From a virus, in the IMG/VR virus record IMGVR_UViG_3300030107_006096, positions 20,977 to 84,976 of that record: a stretch of 64,000 bases of DNA. One strand, 5' to 3'. A program made the position numbers and the translations under genes. Numbering within the stretch: position 1 is the stretch's first letter; the number at the start of each line of letters is the position of its first letter. Below the pieces are notes generated by a model, which saw nothing but the letters and a program-made list of their open reading frames with translations, had not been told where the DNA came from and ran no database searches. This document shows, piece after piece, positions 41,322 through 51,579 of this stretch.

Positions 41322-42508
41322 AAACACTAAAGCGAGACAAAGTAGTTTTAAATTTTAGGGAAACCCCCAGAGAACAAAGAGGAACTCTGGGAGGACAGTA
41401 TCCTAACGTAGTTAAAGATAAAATTTATTATCAAATGGAAGAACCAAAGGAAGTTCACTACGCAATTCAAAAGGAAAATTCTTACATTAAACCAGAATCT
41501 AATGTTACAATCAAAAAGTCTTTGTCCGCTCAAAACTTTAGTGCTTTCTATGATACAAACCCAAACATAAATGAAGATGAAAGATACAAAGCAGTTGGAG
41601 GATATCATGTTGGAAGATCGGCGGTTGAAAACTACAAGCAAGGAATCGAATCTAAATTATACAATCATCTAAATGATTGTCCAATAAGCAATGATTTAGA
41701 AGTAGTACCACATCCCGATCCAGTGTGGCCTCAATACACTCGTTTATTATTTAAAGATGACTTCCATCATCCAAGGCACGCAAACGGATTGTATGTATTC
41801 AAGTCGTCAGATGGAATAGACTGGAAAGAGTATCATGATTTGCCAGTAATTAGCAGTTTTGATTCCTGTGAAGAGAATGAGGAAAACCCAAACAATACTG
41901 GAATAGGTCATGATACTCTTCCCAGTATTTTTTATGATCATAATATAGATGAGTATGTTATGTACATCAGAGCAAATCTAAGTTTGGGTGTTAGACATGT
42001 ATTTTATACACACTCAAAGGATTTAATAAATTGGTCTAAACCTTCTTTGATAAAAATAGATCCTGCATTTGATTTGAATCATGATAATTTATATTTCATG
42101 TCTGCATTCCCTTTCGGCAGAAAGTACATAGCTTTTCCCCCATACTTTAAAAATTCTGTGGTTTCACATGTAACAGGAAAAGAAAAAGTATTTGATAAAG
42201 AAAAAAGAGACTGGGTATGGGGAGATCCCGGAGGACCAGTAAGTGCAGAAAAGAATGGGCATCAAAGAAATTATTGGGATGCAAAAACTCTAGTAATGAT
42301 ATCGGATGATCGTTTGAATTGGAAAGTGGTCGATACAATTTTACCCTCTGAAACTAGAGGTCATATGACCTTTCCACATGTGGTGTCTTTTAGAGAAGAA
42401 GATGATGGCTATGCTCTTTACGTTCATGAAGAGTTTATGACTTTTACAAATAAGTTGGTTCGTTACACAATAGATTATGAAGAATTGGAAAAATATCTTG
42501 ATACCTGA
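41318..42508 (+). CDS. Beta-propeller glycoside hydrolase-like protein
   Basis: Repeated S-x-D-x-x-x-W boxes: SSDGIDW, SKDLINW, SDDRLNW; FYDHNIDEYVMYIR. Confidence 0.55.
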   Translation: MKTLKRDKVVLNFRETPREQRGTLGGQYPNVVKDKIYYQMEEPKEVHYAIQKENSYIKPESNVTIKKSLSAQNFSAFYDTNPNINEDERYKAVGGYHVGRSAVENYKQGIESKLYNHLNDCPISNDLEVVPHPDPVWPQYTRLLFKDDFHHPRHANGLYVFKSSDGIDWKEYHDLPVISSFDSCEENEENPNNTGIGHDTLPSIFYDHNIDEYVMYIRANLSLGVRHVFYTHSKDLINWSKPSLIKIDPAFDLNHDNLYFMSAFPFGRKYIAFPPYFKNSVVSHVTGKEKVFDKEKRDWVWGDPGGPVSAEKNGHQRNYWDAKTLVMISDDRLNWKVVDTILPSETRGHMTFPHVVSFREEDDGYALYVHEEFMTFTNKLVRYTIDYEELEKYLDT

Positions 42509-43313
42509 GCATACTATATTTGGAATAACTAAATTCACGCAACTAGGAAACAGTCTAGTTCAGATATGTAACGCCATAAATGTTGCAAAGAAATCTAATT
42601 CTACATGTAGAATGCCTAGTTCAAGTGTTAATCCAGATGTAATGAATTTTTTAAAGACAATTCCAAATGTAGATGACATCAAAGATAGGAAAACAGAAGT
42701 AGAAAGAAAATTCTATTTCGAGAATGAATGTTTTGGCTACAGAATGACAAATGAAGATAGAAGGAATATACTACACCAGTATGTTTATCCTCATCTTAAT
42801 ATAGGTGATGCGCCTTCTGTGAAGGATGATACATTAGTAATCCATATTCGAAGTGGAGATATATTTAACGAATGGATACATCAGAATTATGTTCAACCTC
42901 CTTTAGAATACTATAAGAAAATTATAGACGAAAAGGAACCAAACGATGTATTGATTGTTAGTCAAAAAGATTTAAGCAATCCATGTATAGATGCCTTGAT
43001 TTCTTGGGACTCTAAAGTTAGAATACAGACAGGCTCTATTCAGGAGGATGTAAGTTCAATATTGAAGGCAAAATCATTAGTGATTGGATTTGGAACTTTT
43101 GGCTGGATGTTATCTTTGATGTCGAAAAACATAGAAGATTTATATTGTCCTAATATAGTTACTGATGTTTTTTCTTCTGAGTTTGAAAATTGTCCATACA
43201 AGATAAGAAGATTCAATTTTCCAAATTATATTCCAATAGGAAATTGGAAAAGAACAAATGAACAAATGCAACACATGATTGATTACAAAAAAGATTTAAT
43301 AGTAGAGGTATAA
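42477..43313 (+). CDS. GT11-like fucosyltransferase
   Basis: LGNSLVQ, IHIRSGDIF, QPPLEYY, GTFGW. Confidence 0.65.
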   Translation: MKNWKNILIPEHTIFGITKFTQLGNSLVQICNAINVAKKSNSTCRMPSSSVNPDVMNFLKTIPNVDDIKDRKTEVERKFYFENECFGYRMTNEDRRNILHQYVYPHLNIGDAPSVKDDTLVIHIRSGDIFNEWIHQNYVQPPLEYYKKIIDEKEPNDVLIVSQKDLSNPCIDALISWDSKVRIQTGSIQEDVSSILKAKSLVIGFGTFGWMLSLMSKNIEDLYCPNIVTDVFSSEFENCPYKIRRFNFPNYIPIGNWKRTNEQMQHMIDYKKDLIVEV

Positions 43314-43314
43314 A

Positions 43315-44292
43315 ATGAAAGATAAGATTGCTATATTTTGCTCAGGAGATGAAGGATATATTCCAAACATGATCTCTGCTTTATTGATTGCGTGTAAGTA
43401 TAATTCAAATTTTGATCCGTGGATAATCACTGATGCATCAGAAGAAGCAGTTGATAAGTTTGAAAGACTAGGGATTGGGTATCTGAAGGCAGATCTTAAA
43501 GATGATATTAACGGTTATATAAATGATCAGTGGCCTTCTCATAGTTTCTGGTGGCACGTTGGACCTAAAATGCTACATGAAAAGGGATACAAATATAGTA
43601 TCTTCATAGATGCAGATGTCTACTGTATAAGAAAAATAGATACGTCGCTTTTCAATGAAGACTTAGAGATTGCTGCTAGATCCGGCGACATCGAAAACAA
43701 ATTCAATTCTGGAGTCATACTTTTCAACAATGAGAAGATGGTAGATATGAATCTAGATGAAGAGTTTATGAAAGCATATCAAAAGATGGCAACTCCCGAG
43801 TATATTCAATGGCATGGGGGAAGTGTTCACGATCAACAAGTTTTATGTGCTATGGGAAAGAACAATAACTATTCTGAGTTTCTTGGTTATGATGGAATCT
43901 TTGACTTGAAAAATCTTGACATGACTTGGAATTATCAGTTCAACATAATACCCGGAAAGATTACAAACGAAGATCTTATTCAAAAGGATTATTCTACTCT
44001 AAAGAAAGAAATAAACTTCGTTCATTTTCTACTTTCAAGACCATGGCTTCCATATGAAAACTGGGGATCCGGGAACCACGGACTATTTCATTCAAATGAC
44101 TTTCCGGAATTTAATTTCTCAAAAGGTTTTGTTGTAAATAAAAGAGAGAAAGAACCACATCCAGAAACCAGAATTCAATTTGTTAATGATTGGAGAAACG
44201 AAGCACGGGAGATAGAGAATAAATATGAAGTAGAACTTTTTGATGAGTTTGATGACTTAAGTGTGTTGATTAAAGAGGGTAGTTTTATATGA
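43315..44292 (+). CDS. GT8-family glycosyltransferase
   Basis: DEGYIPN, FIDADVY, FNSGVILFN, DQQVL, WNYQ, VHFLLSRPW. Confidence 0.82.
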   Translation: MKDKIAIFCSGDEGYIPNMISALLIACKYNSNFDPWIITDASEEAVDKFERLGIGYLKADLKDDINGYINDQWPSHSFWWHVGPKMLHEKGYKYSIFIDADVYCIRKIDTSLFNEDLEIAARSGDIENKFNSGVILFNNEKMVDMNLDEEFMKAYQKMATPEYIQWHGGSVHDQQVLCAMGKNNNYSEFLGYDGIFDLKNLDMTWNYQFNIIPGKITNEDLIQKDYSTLKKEINFVHFLLSRPWLPYENWGSGNHGLFHSNDFPEFNFSKGFVVNKREKEPHPETRIQFVNDWRNEAREIENKYEVELFDEFDDLSVLIKEGSFI

Positions 44293-45065
44293 AACATAAA
44301 GTGATTGCTTGTATTCCTACTAAAGATACAGGATGGTTGTTGAAGAAAACTTTAAAGCATCTTAGTTCTTTCTGTGATAAGATCATAATCAGTGATGATA
44401 ATAGCACCGATGATACTTATGATGTATGTTCTGAACACTCTTCGGTGGAATATTACAAAAGACCAAAAAGAGAAAATGGAGATAGACAAGGATCTTTACA
44501 GAGACAGGAATTGTTAGAGAGAGCCTACAAGCATAATCCAGACTATTTTTTCTTTCTGGATGCAGATGAAATGCCATCTCCGGATATAGTTGATTGGATT
44601 GATTCCCTAGACAGCAGAGAAAAAGAAACAACAAACCTTTGGACTTTTCCTTGGGTGCATCTTTGGAATGATGAGAAGCACTATAGAGTAGACTCATATA
44701 CATCAAAGTTGGGTGCCAATATAAATTGGAATCCATTTACCGTGGATTATAGAAAAGGCTTTTTCGTTAGAAACATTCCAAATTATGAATTGAAGTATGA
44801 CACAACACAGCACCGAGTCAGACCTTCAAATCAACCTGTGAATGTTCCTAAACCTTGGGTTGATGTTCAGGGTTCTCCTGTTATAATTCACTATGGAAAA
44901 ATTAGTCCTTACTTTAAGTCGGGACAAAATTGGAAAGATAGAGCAGAGTGGGACAATTACCAGCACGGCAAAGATAAAAATGAAACTTATAAACATCATG
45001 AAATTTCTTCTTCAGAAGAAACTTTAGAATTAGAAAGGACGAAAGAAGAATGGCTATGGAAATGA
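44289..45065 (+). CDS. GT2-family glycosyltransferase
   Basis: DDNSTDDT, FLDADE, IIHYG. Confidence 0.8.
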   Translation: MKHKVIACIPTKDTGWLLKKTLKHLSSFCDKIIISDDNSTDDTYDVCSEHSSVEYYKRPKRENGDRQGSLQRQELLERAYKHNPDYFFFLDADEMPSPDIVDWIDSLDSREKETTNLWTFPWVHLWNDEKHYRVDSYTSKLGANINWNPFTVDYRKGFFVRNIPNYELKYDTTQHRVRPSNQPVNVPKPWVDVQGSPVIIHYGKISPYFKSGQNWKDRAEWDNYQHGKDKNETYKHHEISSSEETLELERTKEEWLWK

Positions 45066-45688
45066 AAACAAAAGAAAACATTTTAGAAGAGTTGAGAGAA
45101 AATGGATACGCAATATTGCCAGATTACTGGTCAAAAGATAAATGTCAGGAGGCATTAGATCAACTTGAATCTATTCCGATGCAGGCATTTGAAGGTGGTC
45201 AAGGTGGAGATAAAAGATTCCAACATACGAATCGCTACTCCGAAAGTGCGAATGAGTTTTTAAATGATGCATTTATTCAAGACATTGCAAACAATTATAG
45301 CAAATGTAAAGACGCAGATAGGGTCATGACAACTGTTCTGAATCATTATCCAGACAGAGAGAGTGACTCTGGTGGAGGTTGGCATGTTGATTCTAAACAA
45401 CCTCATCAATTCAAAGCACTGTTATATTTAACAGATGTTGATGAAGATAATGGACCTTTTACCTTTGTTAGAAAGTCGAGAGATATTGTTAAAGATTTGC
45501 CAATGCATTCCAACAATAGAATCACTGACGAGACAGTTGAAGAGAATGTTGATCCTTCAGATGTAATTGAATGTCTTGGTCCCGCTGGAACTTGTATTTT
45601 GGCAGACACTACGTTCCTCCACAGAGGCAAGAAGATAGAAAAGGGAAAGAGAGTGGTTTACACCACATATTTTTATGATCGTTCCTAA
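45050..45688 (+). CDS. PhyH-like Fe(II)/2-oxoglutarate oxygenase
   Basis: LRENGYAIL, WHVD, YLTDVDEDNGP, HRG..R. Confidence 0.82.
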   Translation: MAMEMKTKENILEELRENGYAILPDYWSKDKCQEALDQLESIPMQAFEGGQGGDKRFQHTNRYSESANEFLNDAFIQDIANNYSKCKDADRVMTTVLNHYPDRESDSGGGWHVDSKQPHQFKALLYLTDVDEDNGPFTFVRKSRDIVKDLPMHSNNRITDETVEENVDPSDVIECLGPAGTCILADTTFLHRGKKIEKGKRVVYTTYFYDRS

Positions 45689-46521
45689 TGATAATAATAG
45701 ATAAACAAACAAGAGGTAGATTTGGCAACAAGGTATTTCATTACAATAGTCTTGTTCAGTTATCTAATATTTTAAACCAAGAACATGTTTGTGCCAAGTG
45801 GGATGGATCTGATTTGTTTACTGAAATAAAAACAGAGGAAAACACAATCGACACTGATGTAAAGGAAATTCCATCTTTTGATCTGATAAATCTATCGGAG
45901 TCTCAATTAAAGAAAGAATATTCATCGGGCAATTTCAAACTTCATTCTCTTTCTTTATGTGGACCTTTTTTCAGAATAACTAAAAAAGATCCTAGAGACT
46001 TTATGAAAATAGAATTGAAAATAGGATTCAAAGAAGAATTTATTATAGGAATTCATATCCGTGGGGGAGACACTAGAGGTGCTGATGGGATGCAGTGTAA
46101 GGAAATCCATCCTCCAGAATATTACATAAATGCCATTGAGTTTGTAAAGGAACAATACAAAGGTAAACAAATACTATTCTGCTTGTGTACTGATGATCCC
46201 GATCCCAATTATCCTTCGTTCCAGAAAACATTAGATCACTTATTAAATACTAAATCAGAAGTGTATTTGGATACTAACAACAGTTATCAAAAAGACTTTT
46301 CAATTTTAGCTAACTGTGATGTCTTGATTGCAGGTTCTAGTACCTTTGTTACTGCTGCGGGGATGCTGGGAAAACATAAAAAAATAATTCACAGTAAAGA
46401 TTTTGTCGAACAGTTTAAAGAAGAGGATCAAAAATGGTATAGCAGTTTTGGAAATGGAATGTTCTTTCATGATATGAATCACATGAAGAGTGATTATTAT
46501 AATGTTTGGAAACTTTTATGA
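45688..46521 (+). CDS. Alpha-1,2-fucosyltransferase-like, GT11
   Basis: GRFGNKVF, IHIRGGD, YYINAI, NCDVLIAGSSTF. Confidence 0.8.
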   Translation: MIIIDKQTRGRFGNKVFHYNSLVQLSNILNQEHVCAKWDGSDLFTEIKTEENTIDTDVKEIPSFDLINLSESQLKKEYSSGNFKLHSLSLCGPFFRITKKDPRDFMKIELKIGFKEEFIIGIHIRGGDTRGADGMQCKEIHPPEYYINAIEFVKEQYKGKQILFCLCTDDPDPNYPSFQKTLDHLLNTKSEVYLDTNNSYQKDFSILANCDVLIAGSSTFVTAAGMLGKHKKIIHSKDFVEQFKEEDQKWYSSFGNGMFFHDMNHMKSDYYNVWKLL

Positions 46522-47153
46522 AAGTTCAAGCAGTGTTGTTCGATTTAGATGGAGTTCTTGTTGACGCATGTGATTGGCACTATCTTGCTTTAAATAAAGC
46601 TCTAGAGGGAATTAGAGTAGAGCCAATTAGTCGGGAGGATCATATTACAACTTATAATGGTTTACCTACACGGATAAAACTTGAAATGTTAGGACTCAGC
46701 GAGGATGAGTCTACTTTAGTTTGGAAATTGAAACAAGAATATACTCTAAAAACCATAAGACAATATGCAAACATTCAGCAAGAAAAGATTGAGTTGCTTT
46801 CTCATCTTAAAGAAGAAGATATCAAAGTGGCATGTGTCACAAATTCAATTCAGGAAACTACAAATGAAATGCTTGAGTCAACTGGTCAGTTTAATTTATT
46901 TGATTTGATCATCACAAACGAAATGGTCAATAATAATAAACCCCATCCGGACTGTTATAATCTTGCTTTAAAAAAACTTGATGTTGACCCTGATTGTTGT
47001 ATAATTGTAGAGGACAGTCCAAAGGGATTACAGTCGGCAAAAGAAAGCAATGTCCCAGATGAAAACATTTGGAAAGTAAAAGACACCAAAGATGTTGATT
47101 TGAAAAATTATAGGAGATTTGTAAGTGAAAATTTTAATTCCAATGGCAGGTGA
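46506..47153 (+). CDS. HAD-family phosphatase (likely start 46518)
   Basis: FDLDGVLVD, KPHPD, VEDSPKG. Confidence 0.88.
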   Translation: METFMKVQAVLFDLDGVLVDACDWHYLALNKALEGIRVEPISREDHITTYNGLPTRIKLEMLGLSEDESTLVWKLKQEYTLKTIRQYANIQQEKIELLSHLKEEDIKVACVTNSIQETTNEMLESTGQFNLFDLIITNEMVNNNKPHPDCYNLALKKLDVDPDCCIIVEDSPKGLQSAKESNVPDENIWKVKDTKDVDLKNYRRFVSENFNSNGR

Positions 47154-47835
47154 GGGCAGCAGATTTAGTAAGGAAGGATATACTTTTCCTAAACCTCTGA
47201 TTGATGTAAATGGCAAACCAATGATTCAAACAGTTGTTGAAAATCTCGACTTCAATGCCGAATATATTTTTCTAGTCCGTGGTGAACATCTTCAAAAGTA
47301 TGAAGGTTTAGAGGATACTCTTCAAAGAATAACGAATGGAAAGTCTACCATTGTTGTTGTTGATCAACTAACAGAGGGTGCTGCATGTACAGCATTGCTT
47401 GCCAAAGAACACATCGATAACGATGAGGATTTATTAATTGCAAACTCTGATCAGTACATTGAATATTCTCCTGAAAATTTCGAAACAATAAAGAATATGA
47501 CAAATGTTGATGCTATGGTTTACGCATTTGAGGCGGTACATCCAAAATGGTCTTTTGTTAAAACTAACTCCAGAGGAATAGTCACAGAAGTTGCAGAGAA
47601 GAAACCAATATCAAACATTGCAACCTGTGGGATTTATTGGTATCGTAGAGGCTCAGATTTTGTAAAGTATGCAGAAAGGATGATAGATAAAAATATCAGA
47701 GTGAACAATGAATTTTATATTGCACCTGTGTATAATGAACTTATAAATGAAGGTAAAACTTTAATACCTTTTTATGTGCATTCGATGTGGGGCATCGGAA
47801 CACCAGAAGACTTGCGAGCATTTTTAGATAGATGA
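47125..47835 (+). CDS. Sugar-phosphate nucleotidyltransferase
   Basis: IPMAGEGSRF, PKPLI, TEGAACT, EKKPIS, NNEFYIAPVYN, GTPEDL. Confidence 0.88.
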   Translation: MKILIPMAGEGSRFSKEGYTFPKPLIDVNGKPMIQTVVENLDFNAEYIFLVRGEHLQKYEGLEDTLQRITNGKSTIVVVDQLTEGAACTALLAKEHIDNDEDLLIANSDQYIEYSPENFETIKNMTNVDAMVYAFEAVHPKWSFVKTNSRGIVTEVAEKKPISNIATCGIYWYRRGSDFVKYAERMIDKNIRVNNEFYIAPVYNELINEGKTLIPFYVHSMWGIGTPEDLRAFLDR

Positions 47836-48257
47836 TTATTATTTCACATAGAGGAAATCTCAGAGGAAAAGATGAAAGTACAGAAAATCATCCAGATCAG
47901 ATTAGAAAGGCATCAAAAGATTTTCTAGTAGAAGTTGATGTTTGGTATTCGGATGGGTGGCACTTTGGTCATGATAATCCAGAATATGAAGTTAACCTGT
48001 GTGAATTTGAAGTTAATCATAGGTGCATTTATCATGCAAAAAACATTCATGCAGCAGAGAGATTGTTAAGCACAAATTTACATTGGTTTTGGCATCAGAA
48101 AGATGACATGACAATTACCAGTAATGGATGGATGTGGTGTTATCCAAATAAACCAGCAAAGGGTGGAATCTTAGTTGATTTTAACTCACCTAGATATATG
48201 AATAATGTTAGAGGTGTTTGTGTGGATGATCCTTCAGGATGGAGAAATTTGAAATGA
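47832..48257 (+). CDS. Short GDPD/PLC-like phosphodiesterase-fold protein
   Basis: ISHRGN, EVDVW, GHD, HAKN, FWHQKDD. Confidence 0.65.
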   Translation: MIIISHRGNLRGKDESTENHPDQIRKASKDFLVEVDVWYSDGWHFGHDNPEYEVNLCEFEVNHRCIYHAKNIHAAERLLSTNLHWFWHQKDDMTITSNGWMWCYPNKPAKGGILVDFNSPRYMNNVRGVCVDDPSGWRNLK

Positions 48258-49117
48258 AAGTTGCTGTTAATTTTTCTGGTCAGTTTAGATTTTATGATAA
48301 ACCAGTTCAATCTATTATTCAAAATTTATTAGATCCATATGATTGTGATGTTTTTTGTTATTTTTCTAACAACATATCTAATAATTATGATGATGTTTCA
48401 GATCAAGAAATAATAGAAAAAACAAATAAAAAATTAGGATCTAAACTAAAGAAGTTACAAATATCCGGGAAAGAACATAATCCCACAGGAGATGGATCAT
48501 TCGCAAGTGATTTTTTAAAAACCATTGAATTATATGGCAATGTTCACCCAAGAAATAGAAAAATGGAACTCTGTGACAATCTTAGAAAACAATATGAGAA
48601 GGATAATAACTTCAAGTATGATATTGTTGTTAATCTAAGACCTGATTTTATGCTTCAGAAACCATTTAAATTTAAGGAAAATATAGAGGATAAAACTGTT
48701 TATGTTATAGGAAAGGAATTTTCAAATAAAGAAAAGGGTTATGAGAAAATTCCAAGAGTATTTGATGGTTTTTGGTATGCTAATTCGCAAACTTTTTCTA
48801 AAGCAGTAACAAATATGATAGGTTGGTTTCCTTCTATGAATGGAATTAAAGAGGATCCAAAAGAAATATTTGAAAAACTTAGACTTAAATATTTTATATT
48901 CACGCCCGAAGATTGTTTGTTGTATAATTGGATAGTTAAAGATAAATTGAAAGTGGAATTATTTGATCTTCCAATAGTATATCGTCACCCCGATGGTAGA
49001 ATAGTGAGTTATGAAAATTTTCAACCAATCCATGACAATATTGAAACTAATTTGCCTAGAGGTTTTGTTTTACCAGAAAAATATTGCATAGATGATCTTA
49101 CTCATCTCTGTCGTTAG
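48239..49117 (+). CDS. Putative glycosyltransferase-like protein (likely start 48254)
   Basis: KVAVNFSGQFR and YDIVVNLRPDF pattern, recalled from glycan clusters. Confidence 0.5.
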   Translation: MEKFEMKVAVNFSGQFRFYDKPVQSIIQNLLDPYDCDVFCYFSNNISNNYDDVSDQEIIEKTNKKLGSKLKKLQISGKEHNPTGDGSFASDFLKTIELYGNVHPRNRKMELCDNLRKQYEKDNNFKYDIVVNLRPDFMLQKPFKFKENIEDKTVYVIGKEFSNKEKGYEKIPRVFDGFWYANSQTFSKAVTNMIGWFPSMNGIKEDPKEIFEKLRLKYFIFTPEDCLLYNWIVKDKLKVELFDLPIVYRHPDGRIVSYENFQPIHDNIETNLPRGFVLPEKYCIDDLTHLCR

Positions 49118-49126
49118 GAGATTATT

Positions 49127-50092
49127 ATGATAGATGTAGTGATACCAGCACACAGAAAAGATATTGAAACTCTAGATCTTTGCATCGAAGGCATTAGAAA
49201 TAATGTAAAGAATGTAAGAAGAGTTATTGTTGTATCAAAAGAAAAAATGACAGACAATGCAGAATTTTATTCGGAGGAAGATTTCCCTTTCTCATTTAAA
49301 GATGTCGGCAACATCATTGGTTTTCACAGAAAAACATTTAATTATTATGGGGGATTGATTCAAACCACATCTGCTCTTGTGATACCAGATTTAGAAAGAG
49401 ATGTTCTAGTTTGTGATGCCGATACTGTATTTCTAAAGGAAACAGAATTCATAGATGAAAATGACATTGCACTTTATAACGTGAGTTATGATCTTCCCTC
49501 CCATGTAACATTACATCCTTATCTGGAACACATGGAAAAGTTAATACCAGGTCTCACTAAACAAACACAGTATTCTGGAATATGTCATCACATGCTAATA
49601 CAAAAAGACATATTGAAAGAAATGTTTGATCGGGTAGAAGACATTCATAAGATGCCTTTTTGGAAAGCAGACATAGGTGTTACACTACAAGATTATAAAA
49701 GTTTAAATCCAAAACCTGCTCACCCAGATGCTCCTCTTCTTTTCACAACATATGAATTATATTTTAATTATGTTATGAAGTATCATAAAGAAAGAGTTGC
49801 AATAAGACCTCAAAATAGTATACTTGCTTATAAAGGAAGAACGGGAGTTGATGGTTTTGAGGAACACAATATAGGATCAAGAACAAATTTAAAAGGCAAT
49901 GTTCAAATATTGTCAAGAGAAGAGGAAAGCAAATTTAAATTTGAATCCTTTGAAGAGTCTTGTAAACATATTTCGAAGAGATGTGAGGAACTAGGATATG
50001 ATGCAGTTACTTTTCAAAACCATACTAGAATTGGTTCACAAAAGCACAGGGAAGAATGCGAGAGGGAGATAAGTGAAATTCTTGCCAGTTAA
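49127..50092 (+). CDS. GT-A fold glycosyltransferase-like protein
   Basis: IDVVIPAHRKD, VCDADTVF, ICHHM, TYELYF. Confidence 0.62.
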   Translation: MIDVVIPAHRKDIETLDLCIEGIRNNVKNVRRVIVVSKEKMTDNAEFYSEEDFPFSFKDVGNIIGFHRKTFNYYGGLIQTTSALVIPDLERDVLVCDADTVFLKETEFIDENDIALYNVSYDLPSHVTLHPYLEHMEKLIPGLTKQTQYSGICHHMLIQKDILKEMFDRVEDIHKMPFWKADIGVTLQDYKSLNPKPAHPDAPLLFTTYELYFNYVMKYHKERVAIRPQNSILAYKGRTGVDGFEEHNIGSRTNLKGNVQILSREEESKFKFESFEESCKHISKRCEELGYDAVTFQNHTRIGSQKHREECEREISEILAS

Positions 50093-50486
50093 TAGTTTAA
50101 ATATTTTCCATCTCAAAAAGTTCATAGATGAAATGGGTTCTTCTGAAAAAACATTTAGGTATTATGATAAAAGAAATCCAGAGACAGCTATAAAAAATCA
50201 TTTACTTACAACAATTTTGTTTGATGATAATGCAGTGGGTTATGGACACCTAGATAAAGAAGACGATAAAATTTGGTTGGGAATATGCGTCAAAGAGGGA
50301 AAGCAAGGAAAAGGTTACGGGAAGGAAATAATGAAAAAGTTGGTTGAGTCTTGTTCAGAAGATATCTACTTATCTGTCGATAGTGATAATGAAAAGGCAA
50401 TCAAACTATACAAATTATTTTCTTTTGAGGAATTGAAAAGAAGTGAAAATATTTTATACATGAAACGAAATGCTTCCAGTTTATAA
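50073..50486 (+). CDS. GNAT acetyltransferase (candidate sugar N-acetyltransferase)
   Basis: QGKGYGK, LSVDSDNEKAIKLYKLFSF; overlaps the DegT gene. Confidence 0.85.
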   Translation: MKFLPVNSLNIFHLKKFIDEMGSSEKTFRYYDKRNPETAIKNHLLTTILFDDNAVGYGHLDKEDDKIWLGICVKEGKQGKGYGKEIMKKLVESCSEDIYLSVDSDNEKAIKLYKLFSFEELKRSENILYMKRNASSL

Positions 50487-51579
50487 TTTACACATTCCGA
50501 AATCCAGTATAGATTACGCGAATGATGCAATGTCATCTTCGTGGATATCCTCTATTGGAAAATACATTGAACTAGCAACAGATAAATTAAAAGAATTTAG
50601 TGGTTGCGAGTATGTCGTGTTAACAAACAACGGAACTTCTGCTACACACTTGGTTACTAGATCTTTGAAAAGGTTTAAACCTGAGACTAAGAGAATTCTT
50701 GTACCAAGTGCGTGTTATGTTGCAGCTTATAATTCATTGCTATACGACAACAATGATTGGGAAATAGTTTGTCTGGATCTAGACAAAGAAACATGGAACA
50801 TGAAAGTAGAAGAGGTGGGAGATTTTGATGCGATTTATGCCGTGCATAATTTAGGAAACATCATAAATGTCCCTGCTCTTCAAGAAAAATTTAATTGTCC
50901 AATTATAGAAGATAACTGTGAGGGTTTTTTTGGTGAGTACGAAAACAAACCATCAGGATCAAAATCCCTATGCTCTTCTCTTTCCTTCTTTGGAAATAAA
51001 AATATAACGTGTGGAGAAGGTGGAGCTTTCTTAACAAACGATAAGTCAATATATGATTTCGCAATTAAGTTGAGAGGACAGGGACAAACGGAAGAAAGAT
51101 ATATTCATGATGAACTTGGTTACAATTATAGAATGACAAATGTTCAAGCAGCGATTCTTTTAGGACAACTGGAGAATGCAGAACATATCCTTGATAACAA
51201 GGTAAGAGTTTTTGATAGGTATAAGAAAAACTTAAAAGATGTTCCCGGTATTTCTTTTCAGAAAGAGGAAAAGAATACTTCCCATTCTAATTGGATGTTT
51301 GGAGTTAAGTTTGATCATCTTAAATCATATAAGGATGCGAAAAAGTATTTTACTGATTGTGGTATAGATGTAAGACCCATGTTCTACTCGTACAGAAAAC
51401 ATAAACATATTATGGAATCTGGGTTGTTTGTGGGAGAAGATGCTGTTTCGAATGATATAAATAATACAGTTGTTATATTTCCTTCTTATCCTGATTTGAC
51501 AGATAAGGAAATTGATTATGTTTGTGAAAAGATTCTTATTTTTGTGAAAAGGTTAATGTATGCACATTTTAAATTATGA
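50470..51579 (+). CDS. DegT/DnrJ aminotransferase, GDP-perosamine synthase-like
   Basis: WISSIGKYI, NGTSA, IIEDNCE, SFFGNKNITCGEGGA, GYNYRMTNVQAA. Confidence 0.85.
   Translation: MLPVYNLHIPKSSIDYANDAMSSSWISSIGKYIELATDKLKEFSGCEYVVLTNNGTSATHLVTRSLKRFKPETKRILVPSACYVAAYNSLLYDNNDWEIVCLDLDKETWNMKVEEVGDFDAIYAVHNLGNIINVPALQEKFNCPIIEDNCEGFFGEYENKPSGSKSLCSSLSFFGNKNITCGEGGAFLTNDKSIYDFAIKLRGQGQTEERYIHDELGYNYRMTNVQAAILLGQLENAEHILDNKVRVFDRYKKNLKDVPGISFQKEEKNTSHSNWMFGVKFDHLKSYKDAKKYFTDCGIDVRPMFYSYRKHKHIMESGLFVGEDAVSNDINNTVVIFPSYPDLTDKEIDYVCEKILIFVKRLMYAHFKL

Noticed and set aside
51456-51463. Perfect TATAAATA inside the DegT gene, about 100 nt upstream of the StrG-like/neuB block
   Set aside because: Intragenic, and this AT-only 8-mer is expected by chance a few times in 24 kb of such AT-rich DNA; needs TSS data.
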